Shown here piece after piece: positions 24,495 through 39,400 of a DNA stretch of 64,000 nt. This stretch comes from Leptogorgia sarmentosa (taxonomy: Eukaryota), in assembly GCA_964658305.1 (NCBI GenBank), contig OZ210885.1, positions 2,480,001 to 2,544,000 of the forward strand, written 5' to 3'. Under the pieces are notes generated by a model that saw nothing but the letters and a program-made list of their open reading frames with translations, searched no databases and was not told where the DNA came from. Both the position numbers and the translations under genes were made by a program. The number at the start of each line of letters is the position of its first letter. Position 1 is the stretch's first letter.

Positions 24495-27400
24495 ATGTCT
24501 GCTGAAGAAAGTGTTCAAGACGAAAACGTCGAACCGCTTGACAACAACCAGTTGCCCTCGCCGGGGAGAAGGGTAAGCCGAGGATTTTTACGCAAATAAA
24601 CGATTTATAAAACGAGAACGATTGTGTATAAATTTGTTTGTATATACCTCTTTAGCCTCGAACGAGTTCCTTGCTTCAAAGACTGGGAGATGAACGAGAT
24701 ATTCCAGACCCAGTGGCACAGTATTCTATCCCAGTCGATGAAACCGAAATAAAAGGTATTTTTATTCATTCACAAGCTACTAATTGTTCTTATTAATGTA
24801 CACGATATAAAAACATGCTCGTGTCTGTGACTTTGTTCTTACTCTTTGAGTACATAAATTGTGCAAATTCTCGTTCAGGAGTCTTTTTTATAGCTTTCTA
24901 ATCGACTTTGTGCTTAATATACGCTTGCTGAATTGCCTAGCAAAAGAGGAATTGTGTGTTAATATTTTTTCACAGCCATTTTCAAACGCATTTGAATATT
25001 CAGTAGCCGACTTGCGTGATAATATGAACATTCACACCGGTGCTAAAGAAATTTAACGAGCTTTGTTTCCAAGTTGAAAATCAGATCATTTCTTTAGAAT
25101 TTTGAACCGCATAGATTTGCAAATGTCTGTGTCTATATACAGTATTGTGCGTCGCAATCATATCTTGTATTCTTATCTTTTGTAACCGACGATACTCATG
25201 AAATGGGACAGGAATTATTATTATAACGGTGCATTTTTTCACTGTATTTCGATGTAAGGTTGTACAATGCAGACTGCCTTCGTTGGTCAATGACGAACGA
25301 TATTGATATTTTGATAAAATATTCGCCAATTTTGAGTTTTATTCAGAAGAGATTTGATTGATTAAAAGTATCTTACAAACCCTTCAGTCAAGTGCTTTAT
25401 CTTATTAAATCTAGGCAACATTGTGTTGCACTTTATCTCATATATTGTTGTTGCACAATGCATTCAAAGACTCCATATTATTCGCGTGTGTTGTGTCTTG
25501 CTAAACCGGCATGTTTGTAAAAATTTGGACTAAACTCCGAGTTTCCTGTCCTACAAATGTCGCTTCCTGCAAACACCAACCCCCAGATTGCTATATAAAT
25601 ATTTTTAATAAATTCAAGCACTGTATTTTATATATTAAAACCCTGGTACTATCATATTGGTGAGTTTATGCCTGAACTCTTGTGCAATTCTGCTTGGACA
25701 CTAATTTCATATCTAAATATCAGGACATTTAATTATGTTGTGCTTTTCTTCATAAATGGTTGGGATGTCTTTGTTTAAACTACTGAATTCCTCTTAATGA
25801 GTTTAGGTGTTAAGCACTACTTGAAGGAATGAAATAACAACATTGCTTTTAAAGTGTTAATTGTATGAATATATTTAACAACTATTTACTAGGAAAGGTG
25901 TGTGTTGTGGGTTTAGGGCAGCCAATGTTTTTAAACTTGTCACCCTCAACAATCAATAGGAAACCTTCACCCAAAAACATTGCCTATTTTGGATTTTGCT
26001 ATTATGTGCCCGGGGTGTTTTTGGTGCTCCTGATCACAATATTAATTATCAGCAGTAGACATTCTGACAGCAACAGCTTTCCTTTGCATGTTCTGGCTCA
26101 GTGTTCAGTCAGCCTTCCTGTAATCCTTTTAATGTCTTTACTTCTATAGAGCCATGTTATGCTTGTTTATCACAGTGCGATGAAAGTATATAATATTGCA
26201 CTGCTGTGTTATTGCACTAACAAGGATAGAGAGATGTAAAATCAACATAAATCGCCCAAATTTGCAAACATGCTCTTATTTGATGCTGTGCATGTGAACT
26301 ATCAATAATGGATTGAAACACTTTGTTGTATTTAGGGAGATCCTAATAAATTGTGACATTCAGCATATATGTACTGTAACAGTTCAATTGATATTGTAGA
26401 AGCAGGAAAGGGGCCATAGGAGATGTGTGGAGGAAGGGTTCTAATGATATTGTGGTAGGAAGGGGATTGGCGTGAATGGATTGTGTGAAGGGGGAGCGGA
26501 TCTTGGAGAGAGTGTGGAGAAGACGGGATGCTGAAGGGACTGTGTAAGAAAAGGGGTTCCGAAGAGTGGAAGGTGGGGGCACTGAAAAGATTTTAAAGCG
26601 AGGGAGAGGCTCTTGGGAACGTCTTGGGAAGAGGGGGTTGTGAAAAGCTCTGTGAAGAGGTTTTGGGGAGAAGGGGTGTAAAAGAGTTTTGTGATTGAGG
26701 GAGGTGATCTTAAATAAGTGGCCATGCAGGATGATAAAGAAGGGTTCTTGCAATTACAAGGTGGGTGTCCTGAATAGATTGTAGGAGGGAAGAAGAAATT
26801 GCAGATATAAATGGGTTTGTGTAGAGGTGTGTGGGTAGATTCGGCATCTAAAACTATTAAAGTTTGGTTGAAAAATAAATGTTTTAAAATTGCATTAAAA
26901 GTATATGGTCATGGATGAAAGTTGCATGTTAGTAGATGCTTGACTGTAATTCATTCCAATCAATTGAAAATGGTCCTATATTTCATGGAACTACAAGTTT
27001 TGCAATTTATCAAAAATGCAGGCAATATGTCTTTGCAAATGTATGGACTTGAACATTTATCTGGAATGCATTTAAGGTAATAAACAAATTATATTGCAAT
27101 CACCTCTTAACGTAAGTTTGATAATATTGGTTAAAAATTTGAAACCCCTTATTGTGCAAGTTTTTTCACATTTGTACAAAACTAAATCTTCTTTATGAGA
27201 TATTGTGCAGCTTCTTTTACGTTGCAATCTTGCAAGTGAACAATATTTACACTTTGAATACTTACTGTACAAGGCAGTATTCATTACACTTGTCTGGTTG
27301 AAAACCTGATATTTCTAAATAAGCCAAATGAGAATTTTAGACCACACACGATGTATACAGTAAATCAGGAGATTTCAAGTGTGCAGGATGCTTTGTGCAA

Positions 27401-30400
27401 ACTTCAGTATATATTTGGCCAGTTTAAGTAGCGGATAACAGCATCAACAAACAGCAAAGGTTCTACTCAGTACTCGCTATACCTATACACGATACAGTAA
27501 GATTCGACGTTACGAGCAATGCCCTCCACACTAATTCTCGACAAAAGTGCGTACTTTCTCGAAACGTGTTGTTCTATCGTTTAATTTGTGAGTGGATGTA
27601 CACATTTCCTATGCACATTATAGCAAGGGTAACAACTTGTACTGCAGCGGCCGGTTGCTTATTAAGCCGTTTTAAATCGAATTTCACGTCAAATTTGAAT
27701 TATACCCCCATTCGTTTTGTGAATAATTCAACACAAATTTCAAACACGAAATATGTATAGCTAATGCATAGGTTTTTTTATCAGATTGAAAAATTTTATT
27801 TTCACTGTCCAATCAATATGTAGACTACACGTTACAGCGTTCCCCTGTTTCGTGAAGAAATTTGCATAAATTGCATAAAGCGCAAAATTTCCATTTACCC
27901 TCTGAAAACATGCATTTTTTCATCACGTTTTAGGCGAAGATTCTGCGTCGGCATCACTTCTTTTGATGTAGATATAAGGTTACCTTTTTAGTTATAAACT
28001 ACGGTTGCGAAACATGAAATATCGAAAAAATATTTTCCAATCCGAGACAAAATGAGCATAGATATAATTGCCGCCATATTCAACAAGCAATATAAGCAAA
28101 TTTTACTGATCTACTTAACATCATTTTCCAACCGAATGGAATCGAGTGGAATTTTTTATTTATTTTTTTATTTTATAATTTATTTAATCAATTTTGAATA
28201 CAAATCCAACATACTAGAATATTCCTACGTTTTCAAGATGAAATGCATGGTTGAGAAACGTATTGATTATTGTATACGTATTGATTAACCTTTAAGCTTA
28301 AATTTGATTATGTTGTCCTAATAATGTACTAAATGTACGTAGATGCAAGAAAATCTCATCTTAACAGAAAATAATAGTGTGCAAATTCTCTCTTTAGCGA
28401 AAACATATTATTAACACTTTTTGTGAGTTGGCCTTCCTCGCGCTATATGCATGCGACGAGGCATTAAATTCCGCCATTTTTTTAGTGGTAAAATCATTAA
28501 AATAAAATCAGTAAATGAGATAGCCCTGGGGATGAGGCTGGTCAAAACATAAAAGGTAAGATATTTTGCCTGTGACCGAAATCTGCTTAAGGATTAATCT
28601 TGATATAAGAAAAAAAATATCATTATAGCTCGAAAGGGCATAAACCTTGACCGGACGACAATTCAATAAGTTATAAAATAAAACATGCTCCGAAGATGTA
28701 CATCTTGTAAACTCAATATTAACATTAAAAGATAGAAATCTGATATATCATTGATATCGTTTCGAAACCGAAATATTACATGTGCAGTCTCAACCTATTC
28801 TTTTTCTAACTCAAAAGAGCATAATTATTTCACAATTTTGATATCAACTTGATATCAAAAGATTTCGGTGAACTTGAAATTCCGACTGTCTTTGTTTAAA
28901 TTTATTTGCATTAATTACATTAAAAGGAGGACTTAAAGTTTGTCTTTGTGGAACGAGTCTGAGGTACTTCATCTCCAAAGGATATAAAATCGAAGAGGAA
29001 ATCAGTTTTCTGAAAGACCCATGGATTGAAAGGTCTTTGTTGATAGAAATCACTTTACTTTTAATGACCGGCTACAAGAAAGAGTTGTAATGAACGGTTA
29101 TATAACATGTTCTTGATTTCCTGCAGGCATTTCTTGCTCAGGTTCCCTGCGTTCAGCACGAATTAAAATATGTATGCGACTGGAATAGTTTTACAGATAA
29201 TATAATTTTAAGATTCTTGAGTCTACGGGAGCGATATACCATCAGTGCGAACTGTTGCTATGGAGATTCATACAATTATATTTCTAGTTATATATGCCTT
29301 TCAGAGCGTATTTCATGAGTATGAAACAATTAACTGTTACTATGGAAACTGTGATTTTTATAGTTATATGGTTATGTAACCCTATTAAATATAGTTTCCA
29401 TATTGTGGTAACACCCAGGTAACCCCTAACGGTTGCCAGGCGTATATCTTTCATGGGGTCTAAAGTTGCGTGACACGACAGAAAGACGTGATTTTTGCCA
29501 ACTGCGGAACAACATAAAAGAGATCCACGTTGGGCAGTTTGGGCTGATTTCTGATTTGATGATGGTCGATTATGACAATAGAATTAAGACATTGAACCAT
29601 AGAAATAGCGAATCATAACAAATCGGGAATCATTACCACTGTTTACTTTTGTTTGAAAAAAGTTAATCACAGAACTTGTACTGTATAATTATTGGGTATA
29701 GGTACTCAGAATCTCGTATGCATGCATGTCTGTGAGTAGAAACAAATAATAATTTATCCCACGGCCACAAGGTTTAGTTTCTCGCACAGGACCAAGTGAT
29801 TTATAGCCGACAGCTTAGAAGGTATTTTTACATACAAAGATACACTTCACTTGGATGAACCTATATAGAGCAATCAGTATACTCGCTTTTGCCTTATGGT
29901 TCATTGCTTAAAGATGTCTTTTTGGTGCACACACTATAACAGTATATAGAATGACATATAATTTGTATTTTTCTTTGTTTGCTGACATTTGCTTATTTAA
30001 GTTTTAACGCTGTGCTATCGGATTGAAAAGTGTCGCAGGTCCACGCCTTCACTGCTTCAAGGCCCGTAGCTGGTGCTGGCTCGCTTTAACCTACCCTTAA
30101 CGCGTCCATTTAATGTCTATGTCACTCAGAAAAAGTAAATCTTTTTTCTTTAACAATATTATAGATTTTGACTAAATCTTTCTTTCCCCGTTACTTGGAA
30201 ATCGTCTGCTCTTACCGTCAAATAAATATTTTGTAATAAAGATACGTACCCAAAGTATGCCGCCAGGCTGAGATTATTGCAGCAGCAGCAATACCATGAT
30301 TGAAAAAGACCATAAATTAAATTATCCAGATTATAAAAAAACACCCAATTACCGAATATGGTCGAACAAACAGCAAGAATTGCGTATTTCCGCGAATATC

Positions 30401-33400
30401 CACAGAATTGTAATAAATAAAAGCAGAAACGCGATTATTATTACGCGATAATTTGCTGGAGTAAAATCTCAGCGCAATTTCTGTATTAACATTAATCCCA
30501 AAACTTAATCTCTAATCCTGACCTTAAAACCAACCCCAGCCCCAAACCCCTGGCTATTCCACTGGTTACCTTTTCCATTCGGGACAAAATTATATGAAAA
30601 GTGACCCAACAATCACGACCAATCCCTAATTCTGACCCTGAACCTATGCCCAACCCAACGGTTGCCCTGACTAATCCCTGGGGATTATCAGATTGGGTCA
30701 TGTCAGCCAATCAGGTTAGGGACTAGGGTTGGTTTGGGGGTTAAGATTAGAGATTAAGTTTTGGGGTTGTTGATACAGAAATTGAAGAAATAGAAATAAA
30801 GTGACCCCAAATCGGCGACTGAGGAATGACGTCAGCCACCCATTGCTGTTGAGAACAGTCTAAATTTCCGGTCTTTTGACTTCCGGTCTTTTATTCGCAC
30901 GCAATCACATCCGGTAATAAAAGCCGTGCATGTAAAAACCTATAAAAGCCATTTCATCGTGAAACGTGACGTTTTATTGAGACATGATCACTTTGGTATA
31001 ATGTAAAATTTTATTTAAAACCTTTATTTTTATTGTATTTATTCGATTCGCTTATAAATGGAGCCCGATCTTTATCAACGAGATTTCAAATGTCAAGGAA
31101 TAGACGAAATAGATATTAATAGTAAGAGTTTGATTGGCTTTGCGTCAACATACAGTAATTGTTTCTTGTTGAATACGGCTCTAATCCCTTCTAATGTTGT
31201 TCGATTGGAATATTTTTAGATCACCGACAAGTCTACGTTGGTGTTCATATACCGATCAAGCCGACGCGGGCTCGTCGAAGCCACCATCGAAGCCATCATT
31301 ATCCGTCCACGAGCAAGAATAAACCTGGCCGAAAGAGCTCGACAAAGACTAAACCACAAAATGGATCGGTCGGTAAGTGAAGGCAGATCTCAGTCCTTAT
31401 GTGGGCGTCTGAAAAGAAACAAACTTGTACTTATTGTTGTTCTTATACACTTGTGTTTAAAGCATATTTCTCGGCATGATCTCTGTTATATTTGTTAATA
31501 CTTTGTTTACATTAGCTGTTGATTAGCACAAGCCCGGTGTCTTCAGTGTTGAAAATTGAATGATTTTGTGAAATGGGGATGTTAGAAAAGTTGCTGTGTG
31601 GCCCTGGGGATGATCTCTTATTGTTCTTTGGTTGTGTGTTTGGAAGTGATTTTATATCATGTTTCTTAGGAGATTATCTTGTGTGTTGAGGTTTTCAAAA
31701 TCCTTTGGCCATCTTGTGTCAACAATTCAAGCCCTTAAATAAAATCATTCCCTGTTTACCCTAATTAGCCATTCCTAATCAAGACTGCAAAGCATGTATG
31801 GATTGTTTGGATGGACAGTGTAATCCATACATGCAACATATAGAAGACCTCCAAACATTCAAACCTATAGACAACCTACATTGATACAACCTTTAGACGA
31901 CATCCATACATGCAACCTATAGATGACCTCCATACATACAACCTATAGACGACCTCCATACATGCAACCTATAGATGACCTCTATACATGCAACCTATAG
32001 ACGACCTCCATACATGCAACCTATAGACGACCTCCATACATACAACCTATAGACGACCTTCATACATGCAACCTATAGACGACCTCCATACATGCAACCT
32101 ATAGACGACCTCCATACATACAACCTATAGACGACCTTCATACATGCAACCTATAGACGACCTCCCTTTATGCAACCTATAGATGACCTTCATACATGCA
32201 ACCTATAGACAACCTCCATACATGCAACCTATAGACAACCTCCATACATGCAACCTATAGATGACCTTCATACATGCAACCTATAGATGACCTTCATACA
32301 TGCAACCTATAGACGACCTTCATACATGTAACCTATAGACGACCTTCATACATGCAACCTATAGATGACTTTCATACATGCAACCTATAGACGACCTTCA
32401 TACATGCAACCTATAGACGACCTTCATACATGCAACCTATAGACGACCTTCATACATGCAACCTATAGACGACCTTCATACATGCAACCTATAGACGACC
32501 TTCATACATGCAACCTATAGACGACCTTCATACATGCAACCTATAGACGACCTTCATACATGCAACCTATAGACGACCTACATACATGCAACCTATAGAC
32601 CTTCATACATGCAACCTATAGACGACCTTCATACATGCAACCTATAGACGACCTTCATACATGCAACCTATAGACGACCTCCATACATGCAACCTATAGA
32701 CCTTCATACATGCAACCTATAGACGACCTTCATACATGCAACCTATAGATGACTTTCATACATGCAACCTATAGATGACCTTCATACATGCAACCTATAG
32801 ATGACCTTCATACATGCAACCTATAGACGACCTTCATACATGCAACCTATAGACGACCTTCATACATGCAACCTATAGATGACCTTCATACATGCAACCT
32901 ATAGACGACCTCCATACATGCAACCTATAGATGACCTTCATACATGCAACCTATAGATGACCTTCATACATACAACCTATAGACGACCTTCATACATACA
33001 ACCTATAGACGACCTTCATACATGCAACCTATAGACGACCTTCATACATGCAACCTATAGACGACCTTCATACATGCAACCTATAGACGACCTTCATACA
33101 TGCAACCTATAGACGACCTTCATACATGCAACCTATAGACGACCTTCATACATACAACCTATAGACGACCTTCATACATGCAACCTATAGACGACCTTCA
33201 TACATGCAACCTATAGACGACCTTCATACATGCAACCTATAGACGACCTACATACATGCAACCTATAGATGACCTTCATACATGCAACCTATAGATGACC
33301 TTCATACATACAACCTATAGACGACCTTCATACATACAACCTATAGACGATCTCCACACATGCAACCTACTGTATAGACGACCTCCATACATGGAGGTCG

Positions 33401-36400
33401 CCTGTAGACGACCTCAAGGAAACAAACCTTTTCTGTCCAACTATGCACAGACCTACAGATTTCTTTGAAGAAATTTCAGTTCAATTATTTACGAAGTGAA
33501 TAGGGATATTTTTCACTTTTTCAAGCTGAATGCCAGTTGTTCTAACTGTTTAAAAACTGGTTCACTTATTTACATTGATCTAAAAATTGCATTGGAAATC
33601 TCAGAAAAAAATAGCAAGTGTAAACAAGCCTTAGTGATTTAATAGAAATGTTGTTTTTGTTTCAGGTAACCAAGCCCCAGCTGACAGGGTGCGTTTTATT
33701 CTTGGTGGAGAGGATAATGACGTTGAACGTCAGATATTCTCTGAAATGGATGAATTAATTTGTGATGAAAGTGGTGTGGAGGAGTGGAAGGAAACAGCAA
33801 GATGGCTGAAGTTTGAAGAAGACGTGGAAGAAGGTGGCAATCGATGGAGTAAACCTCATGTTGCCACCTTGTCTCTCTATAGTTTGTTTGAACTCCGAAG
33901 TTGTGTTCTCAATGGAACAGTATTACTTGATTTGAATGCAAGTACATTATCGCAAATTGCAGGTAAAATGGAAACTACTTGATTTTTATTTATCCACAAA
34001 CCCTGAAGCCCAAGACTTCTATGATGTGATAAGTGGATTATCACATCATAGATTTTGAGGGTGAGTTGTAATCTAGTTGTTTTAACCAGTAGAATCAGAG
34101 ATATATCAAAAGATTTATGGTCGTTTCGTCCCGTAACCGTTTCGTCCCTACCGTTCCGTCCCATTTATGTTAAATGGAATAGTTCAAAAATGGACCGATT
34201 GCGTAATAGACAAATTTTAGATTTTTAAAAATTTTGCCTATATTACATAAATAGAAGGCATTTTCTGATGAGACTTTTTCTCTGAGAAAATGATTGTTTT
34301 ATTCGTCTTTGTCTATCAAGGAATACCGTAGGTAGCATAAAGAGTAACCAATCAAATTACAGCATTAGCAATACTAGTATGATTAACATTACAGCATTAG
34401 CAATACTAGTATGATTAACTGTTCAGGTTTCTGAGGTAATAGTTAATAAGGATGTCGATTTCACAATATACTGTAGACAAAATTTGAAAAAGTTTCAAAA
34501 TAGTACAGTTCATTTTAACAGCCTTAAGGAGCGCCCTAAAGTTGGTGAAACTACCAAGTTTTTTATAAAACACCAAACTATAGATACTACGACGCATCTA
34601 TAATTTGCCTACCGTACTTCAACACGGCTGTATTTTCCGTATTTTACAACATTTCGCGACGACACTTTATACTTTTACAAACTTTGGGATGCTCTTTGAC
34701 ACTGTTGTAACGCGGAATTGTACTATTTCGATTTTTTTAAAATTTGTCTGTTATGAAATCGGCGCATTGCGATTAACTGCACAGCTGAGAACTGAATTTC
34801 GGAAGCCATTTCATTTACATTTTTGTGATTATAGATATTGTACTTGATGATTTGGTTGCTTCGCGACAGCTTGAGGTAGGCTTGAGACCTCGTGTGAGAG
34901 ATATTTGGTTGAAAAAACATAGACATTTGTATGAAAGAAGAAAAAGCACACAGAGAAAGAAGTCAGGACTTCCATCGTTGCGTGGATCAAAGAAAGCAAG
35001 CACTGTACCAAGTAACTTGGATAAAGGTATGTAGTTAGTTACAGTAGGAACGCACCATTGCGCAAGCATTGAAGATGAAACATCATGCCGTCCCGCTAGT
35101 AGCTAATACAAAATTGCGCTTTCCCGCTAGTAATACAAAATTGGCAAACTTCATGCACATGTTTTCCACATTTTACGATATTTTTCGACCAAACTTCACA
35201 ATTTCTCAATTTAGTCAGCGGTCACTTTGGGGTGCTCTTTCCAGCTTTCTAAACCTTATTGACAATGACGTTTTGTTGCACTCCTACTATTACTGCCAGC
35301 ATGCTTTGCGAGAATCGTATTAGAGAACGACTACAAAGACTCGCAAAGCATTCTGGTAGCTGTAGTCACGCAACGCAACAATACGTCATTATGCATAAGG
35401 TCTATTAGCTATTGGGTCCATTGAACAATGATAAGCTATGGCTGTTCAACCGACGTAATGATCGCCCTAGTTAAGCACAATTACTGTATGTGATCTTTAT
35501 ACTTTTACTTTTCTTTTTAGTAGTTTGTGTTGATGAGAATTGTGATCGCGTGCAGGATACAAATGATTCAGGTTTTCCAAACGTTCCCACCGCTGTCTCG
35601 TTGATCGCGCAAGAAGTTGCTACTGAAGATGCTTCCACCAATGACTCCGATTCAGAACTGGCTAGTAAGGTACTGTCTCATTTCACTACAATTTATGTGC
35701 ACGTATTAGATCGGCTAGAAGTGCAAATGTTATTGTTTTTAACTGGATTGAATGTGAAAAAATTAAAACGATTTTTACAGTGCCAAAATGAACATATACT
35801 TTTACCATATTTCAATAAAAAACAAGCGTATTGTTTTTGGAGAGACGCATTTTCATACTGTAGTTTGTTTTTGTTTTTCCTCCGACATGGCGGCTATGTA
35901 AATACCAAGCGGTGAACTCTTTATTTCAATATCTGGAACGATCGCGCTCAGTCATGTACTGGAGCCGCGAAAAAATTTTTGTACAATTTTACCAGTGTGT
36001 GGTAAATGAGACTGATCACACTAGCCCATGCATACACAACATGTTAATTCTGCAATCGAGTATTTTTGTATTCAGTGGAGGTTAGGTCATTCCATCAAGC
36101 ATGTGTGACCATATTCTCCACACATTTTTAAGCAAACTACCATAGGACTGATTCGTTCTTGGTTTGATTAACAGTGACTGAATCATTTAGAACGGGGGAA
36201 CTTTATTTTTTTGTGGTGTTTAAATGATTCGAAAGCTGCAATCGCCTATTAGTGTCAATGCGAAATAACAGAGTTGACTTTTGTAATGATATTTTCCATC
36301 TAGTATGACGTGAACTTTATGAAGAAGATTCCCCAAGGAGCGGAGGGTTCTATGGTTCTCGTGGGAGAAGCAGACTTTCTCGCAAAACCAGTGATTGCAT

Positions 36401-39400
36401 TCGTTCGTTTGGAAGATGCACAAGTCATGGGTGATCTTATGGAGGTTCCTATACCAACGCGTTTTCTCTTCTTTATGCTTGGACCAGCTGGACAACCTGG
36501 ACGTTATCATGAAGTGGGAAGAGCAATTGCTACACTGATGTCTGATGAGGTAACGAATTCACTTGTAGTAAACTGACTTCTTCATTAAATTGTCAATGTT
36601 ATACACAGCGGTCTTTCATGTTGCTGTGTGAAAGTACCGGTCATGAGTGCTCTCGTTGCAAAATTCACGAAAGGGGAAAAGAAAGCCACAGGTTTTTTAT
36701 TACGACTCCACGATTTGTCTTCGATTGTAAAGTTGGTGTAAAACTTTTTTGTGAGGTGGGACCAATTACATATTTGCCATTAGAGGGGGCACCAATTATT
36801 TGCCATTAGAGAGGGCACTAATTATTTGCCATTAGAGAGGGCACCAATTATTTGCCATTAGAGAGGGCACCAATTATTTGCATTAGAGAGGGGCACCAAT
36901 TATTTGCCATTAGAGGGGGCACCAATTATTTGCCATTAGAGAGGGCTCCAATTATTTGCCATTAGAGAGGGCACCAATTATTTGCCATTAGAGAGGGCAC
37001 CAATTATTTGCCATTAGAGAGGGCTCCAATGTTATTTGCCATTAGAGAGGGCTCCAATTATTTGCCATTAGAGAGGGCACCAATTATTTGCCATTAGAGG
37101 GGGCACCAATTATTTGCCAGGGCCGACCCGACAAACGTACCTTAAGAACATACCTTAAAACGTACCTTATAAGAACATATGACCACCACACAACACACAG
37201 TACACCGCGTAAAAACACACATACTGTAGATAGTAAGTTATTTGTTCTAATTGTTTTTCTGTTTTATTTTTACCAGGTGTTTCATGATGTTGCTTACAAA
37301 GCTGCTTGTCGTGAGGATCTTACAGCTGGTATTGACGAATTCCTTCAGCAGGTATAACTGGTATTTAATATTTTGTGACCACTCAGGTGAACACCATGTG
37401 CATCCCCTATAATGTATAAACACCAAAGGATTATTTTTATTTTTCCCTGGTACCACTCTCAGACCCCATTTACACGGTACCATCAAGTTTGGTCAGTTTG
37501 AGGTCATCATCTTTACTCTTACCACTTTTTCTATGATTAGTTGTTATTAATTCAATTCTGTAATATTATTATCAGAGATTTAAGAACCACACTCGTCTTG
37601 AAACTATTCAATTTGATATCGAGACGAAGTGGATCCGGTACCGTATAAACGGGGTTTCAGGGTATTGTACATCGGGCAATTGGTGTTGTAGGTAATCCCA
37701 TGGGCCCGAGTAAAATCAAAGTTAAATTTCACATTTCATTATTTGCATGTGTACTAAAAACTACTAAAATATTTTAGGTTACAGTTTTGCCACCTGGTGA
37801 ATGGGATCCTTCCATTCGTATAGAACCCCCGGCAACTGTGCCCTCTCAAGAAAACCGCCGTGCACAACAGTACACGTGTGAGGATCGGAATGGCAAAGAG
37901 AATGGCGTGGGAGCAAAAGGCAATGGGGCTGCTGGAGGGGCTGGTGATGATGGCGATGGTGGTGGAAATGAACTGGTCAAAACTGGAAGGTAAGGAATGC
38001 ATTTGGAAAATATTTTACCCTGCACTTATTTTGACAACGAACCAGAGCAGGAAGGATAATCTCACTACCTAAACGATAAAACAGATTCGACGTTTCGACC
38101 GAAGGGCCTTCGTTGGGAATTAGTAGAGGGTATAATTAATTCCCGACGAAGGCCCTTCGGTCGAAACGTCGAATCTGTTTTATCGTTTAGGTAGTGAGAT
38201 TATCCTTCCTGCTCTTGTTTGTTATCCTGAAGTGCTACCTACGCTGGCCACGTGTGCTGCACTTATTTTAACAAGATGCCAATTCACCACTGAAAAAAAC
38301 GAATCACGGTCTTGACTCGTGTTTTTGTGAGTTGAGTTGTCGTAGGTGAGCCCTCCTACGTTTCTGGGGTTGTCTCCGGGTAAGGTACACAATAGTACGT
38401 TTACACACTACGATTTGTCGGGCACGATTCGCACTCTGTCATGTGTAATTGAGTGAGCACGCGTGAAGAAGTCGCATTTCCTCCCTCGTCAAAAATCAAC
38501 ATACTAAAGTTGTAGAGGTAAGGTTGTCTAACGTGTGAAAATGTGAATGAGAAAATGATGCTAACCTCGCCATTTCTCTTTCGAGGAAGTGTGCACACTT
38601 TGAATGAACGCTTCAAGTATAAATAAGACTATCTGTCTGACTTGCTGTCACAAAAATTCCCCCATAAATGTATTCACGATTTTGCTGCGTGAGAGCAAAG
38701 AGTATATATCATACAGAGGTCTAACTCAACATTAGTCATCATCAAGTCATCATCCGCTAAGAGGCACACATCAAGTAACTTGCCGAGCATGCGCACAAAA
38801 CAGTGGGCACAGCAGTTGCACCTCTGTATGTAGGTACTCTGTGATGAGAGTCAGCAGACGATTCACTAATTGCGCATATTTTGCTACGAAACACAAGGCG
38901 AACACATACAGTGAACATATTTACTGTAACTCAATCCAAGGACTATAATATATCTCTATTTAAAGTTGACCCCCATTCATGTATATGACGTCACATGAAA
39001 TCGGGGAATTGATTGTGTTGAAAATTTGTCCGAATGTTGCCCTAATATTATCGTGTTTATCTAGGTTTGGAGGTGGTCTGATTATGGATATCAAAAGAAA
39101 AATAAAATGCTACAAATCTGATTTTGTTGATGCTTTGAACAGTCAATGCCTGGCCAGTGTTTTGTTCATTTACTTTGCATGTCTCGCTCCAATTGTTACA
39201 TTTGGCGGAGTGATGGAAACCAAGACGGATAAGTACATGGTAATTAATTTTCTTCACTTCGCTGTCCGCTTGAATTAGAAAAACTTAGTTGAGCCTAAAT
39301 GTAACTGGGAGTTACTTCATGTGACCCCAGATTATAATGTATCACGCGCGTTTGGGTTTGTATTAGGGCTAGGGTTAGATTTAAGATTAGGGCTAGGGTT

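Noticed and set aside
26343..26753. Pro/Ser/Leu/Phe-rich minus-strand ORFs
   Set aside because: Product of the purine-skewed low-complexity tract; no splice or domain support.
31825..37118. CRISPR-like appearance of the 26-bp repeats
   Set aside because: Head-to-tail repeats with no unique spacers, no cas genes, eukaryotic intron context.
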